A stretch of 61,538 nucleotides of DNA, the filler included, from Porpidia crustulata (lineage: Eukaryota), in NCBI GenBank assembly GCA_964255105.1. It is 11 parts of 11 records of this genome, joined end to end, with 100 filler letters (N's around TTAATTAATTAA, not from the genome) between each part and the next. Parts side by side here need not be neighbours in the genome. Positions count along the whole stretch, not along the records: positions 33,649 to 39,148 come from CAXUWE010001787.1; positions 39,249 to 44,747 come from CAXUWE010001788.1; positions 44,848 to 50,345 come from CAXUWE010001789.1; 8 more parts are not named here. One strand, 5' to 3'. Both the position numbers and the translations under genes were made by a program. This document shows positions 34,934 through 47,348 of the stretch, piece by piece (the stretch's first letter is position 1; each line of letters begins with the position of its first letter). The notes beneath the pieces are model-generated. The model worked only from the letters and a program-made list of their open reading frames with translations. It did not search any database and was not told the DNA's origin.

Positions 34934-37900
34934 CGATGTAAGCTGAGCTACACACCTTATGCAGACACTTTCAATAAGCCTCCTTTTCGTTGCTGAACTT
35001 GGCGAGAGATTGATCCGCCATGTCTGTCATTCAAGCGAAGATTGTAATTGTCGGGATAGCTCCCTTCCTTTGTCCAGTTGCCACGAGTCCTGAGAATTGG
35101 AAGACCAATATCAGAAAGTAATGGTTATGAGATGACTTGCATGCAAACCCACATAACAAAGTTGCCCCATTGCAGTCGAAGCCGATATGTTGAAGGAAGT
35201 GGGCAAAAATCTGAACGCTGGCAGGGGAACTCCTCTGGCGCAGGACGACTTCCAGCCACGATGACTCAAGCAATCGCTGCCAAGCGATGTGCTGTTTCCA
35301 ATTTTAAGCGGAAGCTTCATCGAGAACTTTTGACAGGTCCTCAGAAAAGTCCAAATGTCCCAGCCTCAAGCAGGCTGTAGATGCGACAGTTTAGGATTCC
35401 TCGATAAAGCATGATCCTAAAAGTTTAAGGCCCAACTCGTTCAAATGGCGATGGTTTTGTTCCTCGAATGACAGTCGAGCTTCGCAAGAAATAACATCTC
35501 GAAGGCGAGCAGCATGGCACACAATCCTTCGGTCGAGAGCGTCCTCGGCGGCTGGCCCATTGCACTAGTACTGCATGGGGTCTCCTTTGGTGACAGATCT
35601 CGGTTGCTGTACTATTGTACGGTTATTTTGATACAAGCATAAGATGATGAACTGCCAAGCACGCTGAACATTCCTATGACAGACATATTACCAAATTGGT
35701 AAGGGGGATATTGCTGAAACCGTAATGAGGTAGTGATGCATTGACCTAATTCAGGGCGCCGGGTTCTTATTGAACTTCCCCGGCGCTTGGGGAGTAGCAG
35801 CAACAAGGCCGAGAGAACGATCCATCCAACGATACAAGAAATGCCAGATGCATGCACATCACACATCCAATCGGCCAGGTTTACTAGAGATGAAGCACGA
35901 GTCCGATCATGCATAATTTCAAGGTTTCGAGATTTCTTTGTGCAGCAGCATCTTGGAGAAAGAATTCATAGAACGGACTTGGATGGCCAAGCACCACTGA
36001 TTGGAGATGCACTCAAAAGGGGGTGTGATGCAGGCATTGTTGTTGACGCTGTCTGATTCGATTGATAGGCGAGAGGACCCGGGTGGATACTTTCCGCCCC
36101 GGCGTCACCGTCTGAATCCTCAGGAAGTTTGCAGGTACAAACCGTCATAACATTGTGAACAGACAGGTGGAACAAATCACTTCAAAGGTGGAACGAAACT
36201 CCGAAGATTTTTATTGTTATTGAGTGTTGCTCCGTGCTCGGTCGTTCCAGTACACTCAATTGGCCGCAGTTGCCGTGCGGTGTCTTTACGGGCGAAGCAG
36301 TTTGATCCTCTTTCTGTCCTAATGGTGCCATAATTACCAAGGAATATTGAGATACGGATCCTTCGTAAATCCCTTTCTTCGGAAATGGTGTAGACTTCAT
36401 TCATAGTCATCGAGCCTCGTGGGCCATCACTATGGCTTCTACGTGAAGCAGCCCGGACTGGAAGTCTGAGAATCCTCAAAAGCAAGTTCGGACTGCCTTG
36501 ATCTGCTAATTAAAGCCATTCTAATTCCTAGTGATGCCTCTATCGTGACTGAAGGGCTTCAGTCTCATTATTTGGCCAAGTCGCCTTGGCCATAGCGTTT
36601 GCATTTAGATGGCCATCTACCATCAGCCTTCATAGTAGTTCCGACGTGTCCCTGCGTCCACGCAAATGACTTTACTATGCTTGTGGACATCACATGACAT
36701 TCACCGTCTGTTGATAAATCTGTGTCCGATTCCAGCTGATCATCTTTGGCATACCAAAGGCATGAACGATCTTGACGCTGACTGCATTAGCGAGCAAACT
36801 CGACATACAATTAAAATTCATCGTTTTGAAATTGAAATTCCTATCCGGCATGCGGAAAGTGGGTATGAAACACCCTCCCTCTCCACCACATCCTTGTGAC
36901 AACCAGTGGAAATAGTGAAAGTGTATCGGGAATGGTTATAATCCCAGAAAGCAGTCCCAGCGAGCCTGTGAGCTAGAGACATCGGTGCGTTTTGACGGCA
37001 TACAAGTTTTGCAACGCTTGCAAGCGTGGGCGAAGTGGCACGCAGCTATGCTCCGCGTGAGGCATTTTTCAAGACTATCCGATCGCTGCAATGGAGACGC
37101 AATCTAGTCAGTCCGTAGAAATGAAGCGAACGCAGACTCGAATGCATCGTACCGTTGAGAATCGTCATAATAGCCACATCAGTGAGGAAGAAGCTCTGTT
37201 AGGCGACGACAGTGCTGCTAGGGGATGCACAAGCCACCACTCTTGCTTGCGCTCTGTGGCAGTGCTCGTTCGCGAAGTCGCTTTTCGTACTGCAGACTTC
37301 CTGCGAGCAGACGTGATGTTACGCTCCGATCTGCTGAAGTTTGGAAGACTAATGCGATAGGACGGGTGTGCACCTAAGGGTTGTTCAAGTAAGTCAAGTG
37401 AGATTTTAGTGAGGGTGTGGACGATGTGCAAAAGCCAGTAGCGATAATTGATGATTGATCATTGGTGATGGTGGTGGAGGCACTGGTACTGGACCTCCTG
37501 ATAGGATACCGAAACCCAAGAATCGCTCAGCCACGCGACGCCCGATTTACAAGGCAGAAAGAGACACTAACGATTGATAGGGCTGGGTAGCCACGGGACG
37601 ACCCAATCGTGCCAATAGAATAAAATGCCATTCGTGCTAGTCTCGCCGAGAATTGATGATTGAGCGCATGCACGAGACGTCCACAGAATAGTAATGGAGT
37701 GGTAGTACTATGTATGTCAAGATAGTCTGCTATGAAGTACATCTATTACTATCGCCTTTGCAGCTTGCACTGCCTGATGATGCGTTGTTGCTTGAATTCG
37801 CGCAGCATTGACAGCGGCCCCTCTTTTCCGCTTGGTGCAAACATCAGCCATGGTCAAAGTACCTGACCGGGCGAATGACCACCGGGACATCAAACCACGA

Positions 37901-39148
37901 TTCGATAGAGTATTGGCGTTGCACGACTCAACGTACTATCAGGCGATCCAGAATGATCAATTACTAAAACATCGTCTTCGAGAATTCGAACAGTATCTGC
38001 CCGGAAGACCATATCAACCCCTCTATGCAGCACGCCGAGTTTTCTCAACGTCTTGCCGGCGCTTGAGCTCGGGCAAAATAATTGGGTGATCAAATTATAC
38101 TATCCGGGAAACCATTGTAAGCTTATCAACACAGGAATTACGTGACAGCGGGCATTGAGAACGAAGGACTTCTGGGACAACTGCTATCATGCAGGTAAGC
38201 GGCCATGAAAGTAGTGGTGTCGAGACTGAGGAGGATTGTAATTGGCTGATGGTTAACCGAAATGGCCGAACAGTCACAGGCTACAAGCCATGTCTGCTAA
38301 ACAAGGCAAATAAGGCGTCAAAGCCCTCCCAGGGTCCCTTCAGCTGATCATCTTGCTGCCTGTTCTGGCTCCAAGAATTCTACCAAGAGCCTCCAAATCC
38401 TCCAGCCGGACCAGTCAAAGCGCGTTAATATTATCCCAGTGCCAGACATTGGACCACGGTGTTGGCGGTGGACGGAAGAGGAGGACTTCGGGGAATTGGG
38501 GCGTATCGAATGTAAGACGTTGGGTATCTTCTGCCGCCTGCGCCGCCCTGTCGAAGCTGAATTTCGCAGTCGCGCTCAGGTACTATTGGCGGTATCTGCA
38601 TTGTCATCAAGTAAGTACATGTACACTAGGGACGAGGGACCTGGCGCGCGATTCATGGCAAACAGGTAGCCGCCTGTTTGTTGTCGATCAATACACAGCA
38701 CCCACGTCTTCTCTCCGATGTATGCAAGACAACGCGAATGGGTTGGGGGCTGAAGTTGCGGAGGTGGTGTTGTGCACAGAACCCTAATATCCCCGTACGC
38801 CCTGCCGCAGCTGTGCTTTTGACTAATGCTTCTTAAGGAAGCGGTAGAGGGATGGCAGTCACCGCGTGCGAATCACAACGGCCAACTGAGGATTCACCTC
38901 CTGGATCAGGACCTGGAATTAACATCCTAAACATACCACGACGGTATCCAACCCTTCACACTGGCCTGGACAAACATGCTCAGCGAATGAATCCTCATGC
39001 AATACGAGACTGAATTACTTTCTCTGCAGGCCTTGTAATTATCTAAATCTCTTACATGGTAGTTTGCGTTGGTCATATTAATGCCAAAAAGAAGGAACAA
39101 TAAAGGATCAGAGCTTATCCAAAGGCAGCATCGATCTACGGGTTTTCC

Positions 39149-39248
39149 NNNNNNNNNNNNNNNNNNNNNNNNNNNNNNNNNNNNNNNNNNNNTTAATTAA
39201 TTAANNNNNNNNNNNNNNNNNNNNNNNNNNNNNNNNNNNNNNNNNNNN
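39149..39248. other. Artificial contig-joining spacer
   Basis: N44-TTAATTAATTAA-N44. Confidence 0.98.
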
Positions 39249-39260
39249 GACCAATCCAAG

Positions 39261-39420
39261 CGGTCAATTGACTAGATGGTTCGTCCGGGTTTCTCAGCTA
39301 CCACTACTTACTCGATCAACTGGCCAAGAGATCCAAATGAGTAATGCGTTATTCAGCTATTTGATTACTTAATCGTTCGATTGACCGGGCAATTAGTATG
39401 ATCGATTGACTAAATGGTTC
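39261..39420. repeat. Cluster of palindromic GGTCAATTGACY-like motifs, left of the SNF2 gene
   Basis: cggtcaattgacta (39261), gatcaactggcc (about 39315), tcgattgaccg, ggcaattagt, gatcgattgact; 39267-39282 and 39405-39420 are identical at 15/16 positions. Confidence 0.6.
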
Positions 39421-40010
39421 AAAGGGGCGGGAAGGATTGTTACAAACAAGCTGGACATGCTTCTTGAGTCGTAAGTAATTCAATGTAGCAATCCGTAGTA
39501 CATCTATCGTAACTCTGCAATACTGCTAACCTTGTCCTATTGATAAGAACAATTCCATTCGTCTTAAACGCGGAAGCTCGGCGGAAATTTGGAAAGTCCT
39601 GAATTCGTTCTGCTTTAACATCTCACTGAAGTTGCGTGTGTTAATCAGACTAAGTTAATGACATACACCTCATCTTTCTGATAGGTGCTTTCATGTTGTA
39701 CAACGAAATTTGTACTTACCTTGCCTAAGACCATCGAACACTGCGAACTCGTAATTGAAAGACTCGCGCATGCTAGCAATCAGTGTAATACCTCACTTCG
39801 AGGTCAAATCTGACCATCGCGCCCCCCTCCCCTCCTCTCACCCTCCTTTCCTCAGTCAATCATTCCGAATGCATACCACTTTATCACCCTCACGGGTCAT
39901 TGGTCAGAAATACTTTCTACTCACCTTTTGAACTCCCACTCGTTGTAATCTTGGAGTCCTCTTACCCCCTTTCTGTTTGGACAATCCTTTTCATCACGTC
40001 AACCTTCTTC

Positions 40011-43000
40011 ATGGCGTCCGCTCCAGATTATGCAGTGGCCCCAAGTAAGACATGGACCAAAAATGCCGCCAAGGACTACCTAGGCGTAGACGATGCCGTT
40101 TATGCAGAAATAGAGGAGGCGTGGCATAATATCTTGTTGGACAATGGATTGGTGGACGCCAACTTCCGAGGGGAAACTGCTAAAACCCGGCGCCTCGTCT
40201 TAGAGGAGACATTAGCACAAAAGTTTCATCAGCATTTTGCTAGTCTCGATTCCGCTCGCGTTCAACTTGGTATCCATGGGCTTACCACCTCAATTCGTGG
40301 AAAGGCCAGTAAGAAAGAAAAAAGGCAGGCTGAGGTCCTCAAGTCCGAGCCACGAGAGCCAATTAGTGTATCGCCAGTAAATACCCTACCGCCAGCCCCT
40401 TCATTATCTCCGCGTTCCATCCTCAACAAGAAGCTCTGGATCCGGTTGCCCAATGGGAAAGAAACCAAGCTGGTCTCAATACGCGATATCGGAGAATCTA
40501 CCAATGGGAGCGAAGAAGATTTCATCCAGTCTCTGTCCTTTGCTACACTTTGCAAAACCATCCGGGAGCGGTTGGGATTGGAGATTCCTCCCTTTGTAGT
40601 CCATCACGCTCGTGGGTCGCACCAGGTCTTGATATGCGAAGACTCAGATCTATATAACGTGGTAGACGACGTGCATCAAACCGGTCTTGATGGAGTGGAG
40701 CTCATCATATCCGATCCAAATGCAATAGTTGGTCAGTACTTCGCAGGTCGAAAGCTGTTGAAGCTATAAAGCTAACAAGGTGCATACAGGAACAAAACGT
40801 AAAGGTTCTCCTTCCTTGATAGCAAAACCATCCAAGACAAACAAAGCTAGTCGCAGTAAGGGTGAGATAAAAGCTGAAGGAATGATAAAACCTGTTGAAG
40901 AACAGAAGGCGACATCGACGAGTCAACCGGAGGATGCGAGGCTTCGGGAACCTGAGACTGGCGATATTGCAATGGCGGACCCAGCATCTGACAAGTCAAA
41001 GCTTCGCGAAGTGGACACTTTAGAAGTGGACACTTTAGANNNNNNNNNNNNNNNNNNNNNNNNNNNNNNNNNNNNNNNNNNNNNNNNNNNNNNNNNNNNN
41101 NNNNNNNNNNNNNNNNNNNNNNNNNNNNNNNNNNNNNNNCCAATCCGCAGATGTTGTGTCTGTAGGAATGTCCGAAGATGAATCTCAAATGCTGAATGCT
41201 CTCAATACAGCGGTTCCGGATCTAATAGATTTGACCCAAGAAGACGAGGAAGACGAAGTGGTTGACACAGCCAACGTTGAAGACATCGATGATGAGCCTG
41301 ATGTGATTCTGGATCCTCGCGATCCGGACTCCCTTGTCATCGAAATTGGAAACGTTAGCACGAGGAGCGAGCGACATGATTTGGGAGAGGAAGATAATGA
41401 CGATATCAACGTAGACGAAGATGAGGATCAGTAAGTTGCCTGTATGTATATCAAAGCAAGTTCTAATTATCTGGAACAGTCTTGAGCGTCTTATGAACAC
41501 GCCGGCGTGCGAGAGGTTGACGGAAGACAAGCGCATACGATTTCTAAAGTTGTTTCTCAAACCGCTTCACAAGAAAAACCGGAACATGACTGTGACCCTA
41601 CCGGGTCTGAAAGTTGCGCTTATGGCATTCCAAGCCCTCGCAATATCTGAGATGGTGTTTCAGGAGATTGGATTAGTAGGAGGAGGCATACTTGCCGATC
41701 AAATGGGGTTCGGTAAAGTATGAAAACCTTTCCGCTTCCTTGTTTGCTCTGATCATTATGAGCTGATGATCTGAGGACGCAGACGATAACTGCGTATGGG
41801 TACATCATCGTACATCGTTGGCTGAATATAATGACATACGAGATACAAGAAGATAAGCGGCATGAACGGCACGGTCGACATCTTGTCCTCGATCAGGATG
41901 TTCGGGACCCGAATAAAACCTGTCCCACTCAGCATCGGTTTCCTATCATGTGTCCCTGCTCTATGCATAGCGTTACCTATTCAATAAAGGCCAAATGGGG
42001 ACCGACCTTGATAATCGCCCCCGCGACGATACTAAAAAATTGGCTTCGTGAATGGGATGCAGTGATTAATACGAATCACAAACGACTGAAGATGAAAGTT
42101 TTGGTGGGACACCGGTCCGGAGACACGCGGCGTCTGACCAGACAACATTGTGCAGAGCTCTATACGGATGAAGCTGAAGAGGCTAAATATGGACAGGATA
42201 GGATTGTAGTCCTAACTACGCCGCAATCATTCCAAAGACAGGTGTACGACACTCTTGCAAAGTTTGAATACAGCATGGTACAGGTTAACCCTCAATCAAA
42301 AGCATTGAATCCTAAGATGAAAAGGGAAGTGCGTATCAGACTTGGGGTTAAATTTTCCAAAGTTGTAAAGGACGAGTGTCATCAAGAGAAGGCGGAAACT
42401 ACTGCTTCGCCTTCCATAATCAGAAGGCTCCGCGATCAGAACTTGAAGGATGATATGCAAGACAAGAAGGAGAGGCAGGACAGTAATGAAATGACCATTG
42501 AGTATCAAGGTCCGCCATATGTATGGGCGTTATCCGGGACCCCAATGGAAATATCGCCGAGAGACATCGTGCCTTGGATAAGTTGTCTAAACCATGGCCA
42601 ATTCGAGGATGACGAAATACTCAAGACATGCACGGTTGATGCCATAACTAGGACAGCTCTACAATTCGAGGGCCTGGTCGGAAAGAACCTTACAGAAGGA
42701 CAGATGGAACGGTTGGAAATTTGCAAAGCAAAGCTCGGGAAATATCTCCCGATTTTGATGATCCGACGTACTACTCACTCCAGGTGGTACGATGGGAGAA
42801 CCTGTATTCGTCTGCCACCCTTCTTCGTCCGCGATGTCCCTGCGACACTCAATTCGACTTGGAAGCCACGGGTAGATCAATTGGCCAACGATATCAAGAA
42901 GCGTCTAGAAGCCCTTGCAATAAATCACGAAAGAGCAGCCGCTAACCATGGAGAAATATCGAGTACAAATCCCAAGAATATGATCTTCTCTTACTTCAAG

Positions 43001-43777
43001 TACGCCAATAAAGTACGTGTAGCATCGACATTCCCATATTTGACAAAACTCGTCAGCGATCCAGCGTGGCAATTAGACCTTACCTGGGAGGAGCTTTTTA
43101 CAGATCAAAACGGTTGGCTCAATAGCAAAGACTCGCCTTATCACATTTTTCTTGACAAAATTATCGATTCCAGTCCCAAATTGCCTATGATTGAGCAAAT
43201 ATTGACTCAACAAACCACCAACTTTAGGGGACGTCCCGAAAAGATGGTCATTCTATCAGCATCGCCTGTATGTGCTTTGCTTGTTGACAAGGTATGTTCC
43301 TCTTCTTACTTCTTATTTGTTCCTTAATCGTTCGTCACACGTTCACTTAATTTACAATCGTTGATTGTATACTAGTGGTTGCAACGCAGTGGAAGAACCT
43401 CGGTATTTGTGCACGCCAAGATGAGTATGAGCGAAAGACAGGAGATAGTAGGGCAGTTCAACGACGATGACGATCCAATGATTCTAGTAGGAACAACCCG
43501 GATTCTAGGTGCTGGATTAACCTGTACAAGATCATTTCGATGTATCTTATTGGAGCCGGACTACAAACAGTCAATAGAGGATCAAGCCTTTGCCAGAGTG
43601 TGGAGAATGGGGCAAGCAAATGCCGCCGCATTTGCGTATCGCCTCTATACGGAAAACTTGGAGATGGATTCGCTCTCTATGAATAGGCAGGTTATGCGGT
43701 CCGCTTTTGTGGAAGGCGCGTTTGCGTTTCGAGAACAGAGGGCCAGAGTGCATGAGGAGCAGGTGATCGAGATCTAA
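40011..43777 (+). CDS. Divergent SNF2-family (SF2) ATPase/helicase, about 5 exons
   Basis: Motifs GGILADQMGFGK|T, PTLIIAP, VVKDECH, LSGTP, LMIRRT, SSPKL, GAGLTCT..LLEPD, QAFARVWRMGQ. Introns about 40732-40788, 41431-41479, 41718-41782, 43292-43375; internal N gap in exon 2. Confidence 0.85.
41008..41139 (+). repeat. 15-bp coding tandem repeat (EVDTL) running into a 100-N scaffold gap
   Basis: gaagtggacacttta x2 then N 41040-41139, with no TTAA linker. Confidence 0.75.
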
Positions 43778-44130
43778 TTATGTTCCTCCTGGTGAGATTG
43801 TAACTTAGCTGAGCATCTCCTCTTGTTCTACAAAGAAATGAAATGTTGCCCGAAGTCTACTTGTTCTAGTAATGACCAGGCCTCGCTATCCACATTAATG
43901 CGTTGAAGGGTACTCCTTCCGTATGAACGAGGTGCTTTTCCTTGGAGGGGATACCAGTGGAGAGCCTCCAGCAACGCCATCTAGAAAACGCGATGGTGCT
44001 ATACTTGTCAGTCCTCGCAGACCCAAAGGAGGAGTGTTCAAGCCGGAGGGGTAGAATGAAACAGATCAGGACCGAGAGCGGGGTTTGTTGGTCTCGGCTA
44101 GTCTAAGTTGTACTAAGCAAGTAACTGTAG

Positions 44131-44266
44131 CAATCGGTCGGTCAATTGACTATGCAATTGATCACAACTAGTCCACCGCCCAATTGGACACTATGATTAG
44201 TCATTCAACTGGGCACACCTTACCATGCCAAGCATTTAGCCACGTCAATAGGCCGGTCAAATGGTC
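44131..44266. repeat. Cluster of palindromic GGTCAATTGACY-like motifs, right of the SNF2 gene
   Basis: cggtcaattgacta (44139-44152, identical to 39261-39274), caattgatc, caactagtcc, cccaattggac, tcaactgggc, gtcaataggcc, ggtcaaatggtc. Confidence 0.6.
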
Positions 44267-44675
44267 ACCAAGGTGCTTGTTCGCCAAATTTAGCAACTTG
44301 GTGCTCATCTGATACGCTCTGCGACTTTGCGGAACGTTTGAGAGCATCTCGGACTCTAGTCATGCAGTCGGGCAATGTAGCCGCATTATTATTATTCTTT
44401 CTAGGAGTGGCTCACTTAAACTATTTATGGTAGCAAGGTTGAAGACGAAAGGGGTGTCCGATTTTAGGTCCTACTTGACGCTTATGTGACGGCGTTTACT
44501 ATATTTTAGTATAAAGCCTCCGTACCTTTCAGCGCTTACATCTTATGCAATGACGAAGTGCAGAACCATTTGCTGGTTGATGCGCCCGCCCCTGCCGCTT
44601 GACAGTATCTCTACAATCTAACTGGTCTTCTCTTGAAGTCCTTGTTCCCCAAAACCCAAAATCCCTTTTCGCCAA

Positions 44676-44747
44676 AATCCCTTGTTCCCTTGAATCCCTT
44701 GTTCCCTTGAATCCCTTGTTCCCTTGAATCCCTTGTTCCCTTGAATC
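44676..44747 (+). repeat. 17-bp minisatellite at contig end
   Basis: (aatcccttgttcccttg) x4 plus a partial unit. Confidence 0.92.
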
Positions 44748-44847
44748 NNNNNNNNNNNNNNNNNNNNNNNNNNNNNNNNNNNNNNNNNNNNTTAATTAAT
44801 TAANNNNNNNNNNNNNNNNNNNNNNNNNNNNNNNNNNNNNNNNNNNN
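44748..44847. other. Artificial contig-joining spacer
   Basis: N44-TTAATTAATTAA-N44. Confidence 0.98.
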
Positions 44848-45537
44848 GCCAAAGGCCATCGTGAAGAATATGGCTTTACCAATATCTTTCCATCCTTTTC
44901 CAACGTTCCTAACCATGCCTACAATCCCAATCCCAATCCCAACCCCAATCTCAAATTCAAGATACCGTTTATATACATATACTCCATCCTCACCTCCATC
45001 ACAACCCCCCTCCACCACACTCAACCAACCATTTCAATCCCTCGACGAAAAATCAACGAATATATAAACCACCTTCCCCGCCACCCAGCCTCCCAAAACC
45101 CCATCTCCCAAATATGGTTACTCCGGGTCAGGTAATGTGACGCGCGCAGGGTCTTAATATCTTACTCGCTCCTGAGCCTGTGCATCGCCCTATCTTTTCA
45201 TCCCTCATTACTAATTCTATCGCCCTTCGTATCATCCGTCGCGCGAAACTATCTCTCTTCAGCTTCCCCTCGTTTTCAAGGTAGGGATAATATACGTGTC
45301 GCTACGGGTATTCGATCTCACAGTGATCGGATGACCCGCAGGTGCGGCGACAGAAGGGGTATGATTCTGGGTTGGGAGCATCTGTTGTCCCGGGGTCTCC
45401 CAGGGTAATTTTTTCTCGGGGGTGGTTTAGCGGTCGACGGATCCTGGATACTTGAGGCCAAGCGCTAGGGCCGTAAAGGGCTGGATTCCGTTCCGTGTCG
45501 GTTTTGGGGGGATATATAACGGCAGACTGGCTGGCCA

Positions 45538-47070
45538 TCAGCGGAGAGCCTCGACGTGTTCAGAGTCCCCTCGAGCCCATTCCTGGCCGTCCGAGAGTAA
45601 TCCTCCGGCTTTTCCGTCTTGGCCGTACGCGGGACCGCGGTTCACGTCATCCTCTATAACTGCCTCCTCAGCTTCCAACTCTTGTTTCCCTCCCTGCCCA
45701 TTTGCCCCCTCCTCATCATCAGAAAAGCTGACGTTCTTCTTAGTCGCAGGCGTCGACACTTCTTCCAAAACATCCCCGGCCCATGGCCTGCACTCCTTAA
45801 CCAATTCCCCGCACCGGAGGCACACCCATCCCTCGCCTTCTTCGCCTTCGAGCCGCGTGGCGAGACAGACGAAGCAATACACGCAGCGGCACGGTATCGT
45901 TTCGTACGGGTTTGTTATGTCTGTCTGCGCCGAGCCTATGACGCCTCCAGAGGCCCCCGAGGCGGCCATGAACTCGTTCTCGGACGTCGATGTGGGGTTC
46001 TGGTCCTGGTAGCAGATGGCGCACGTTCGTTCGGGCAGAAAAGCTAACTCGCCTTTTGCAATCACGTTGTCCTCGTCTTCGGAGCCGGTCTTTGGGACAA
46101 GGGCTTTGGCTTTCCGCCAGGCTCGCGAGAGCCATCTGCGCCATCGGCTGATACCGACCAGTGGGAGCAGGAAAAGTAGAAATTCGGTGAATGCATGCCA
46201 GACCAGCTGGCGGTTTAGATACTCGAAGCTGACTTCCCGACTGATTTGGCTGGTGGGGGGAGCTAGTCGGAGTCGGAGGATGCGGTCTGTTAGGGTCCTG
46301 TAGCGGCCATTAAGGAGGAAGATGAGGAAAGAGGCGAAGGCGGCGATTGAATGGGTTGTTGAGGCAAATGATGAGAGTCGTGAAAAAAGACGGAAACTGC
46401 TATCTGGCTTGAAGGGATTAGTAAAGAGTCTGATATACATCTCATACCCAGTTTACCTCTTCATAATTTCCTTCTTGATCAGCAAGCCAGGTCTCCCACT
46501 TTTCCCAACCGTAACGTCCACCAACAGTGAATATACCATAGAACGCTTTTTGCCATTTGGAAGGCATTGCAGGAACTGGTCCTCGATGCCGAGCATCCGT
46601 ATACCGCAGGTTCTGAAGTGCGGCACCGTAGGAGGCATTATGGTCCCAGATTGTCAACTTGAAGAGGACTGCTCGAAGGCCCAACAATATCTCCGATGAC
46701 CATTCGTCTCTTAGATGCGACTGTAATTAGTCAGCTTGTTTTTGCCGTGCTTTCGTCTGTTCCGTACCCCAAAATACTTCAAGGCCTCCCCAACCTGGCC
46801 CCTGAAGAGCTCCAACAATTCTTCATCAAGCAGCTCTGCATCAACTTGACCCACGCGGAATGCAGGCCGTGTCCCCTCTCTGCCTTTGATAATATCCCAT
46901 GTTTCCAAGCCCCTTCTTCCCACGCTATTGATGGGAAAAGGCAGTCGATTGATAGCGTTTGAGGCTGGCAGGCTTCTTTGCGATTGAAGACGCGCTTCTG
47001 CCTCTCTTGCTCTGGCTTGACGACGAGCTTCGACGCGTTGCTGTGCGGCCGCAAAGTCTATAGATGTCAT
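45538..47070 (-). CDS. PEX2: Peroxin-2 RING E3 ligase
   Basis: RVGQVDAELLDEEL, ASYGAALQNL, GRYRTLTDRIL, VSFEYLNRQLVWHAFTEFL, RING CAIC..PCRCVYCFVC..WVCLRC; two introns. Confidence 0.95.
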
Positions 47071-47348
47071 CGTATCGATGTCATTGCTTGACTCTAGGGA
47101 AGAAGATCATGAACACGAATTGACGACGACAGCAGCCTCCAAAAGGAGTGGTAGGGTCAAATTTGCCGAGGCACAGCGACCGGGCGGAAGCTAGTGCACT
47201 CTAATGAGACCCTTGCCGTAGATCACACTTGCCCAATCGAGCCGAGATAATTAAGTCAATATTTCTCGCAGCCAAAGCTAATTATTACACTCACAGGGCC
47301 AAAAGATGCTTGACATTCCTTAGACCGCTTGCAACCCAAGCTCTAGAT

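Noticed and set aside
37808..38089. HRDIKP as a kinase catalytic loop
   Set aside because: No following Asn, DFG or APE motif and it lies near the ORF start; probably chance.
44676..44747. Telomere repeat
   Set aside because: Not TTAGGG, and the C-rich strand points toward the contig 3' end, the wrong polarity for a telomere.
44848..44860. Minus-strand ATGGCCTTTGGC (MAFG) as a gene start
   Set aside because: Only four codons before the contig edge, and the upstream sequence is not leader-like; unsupported.
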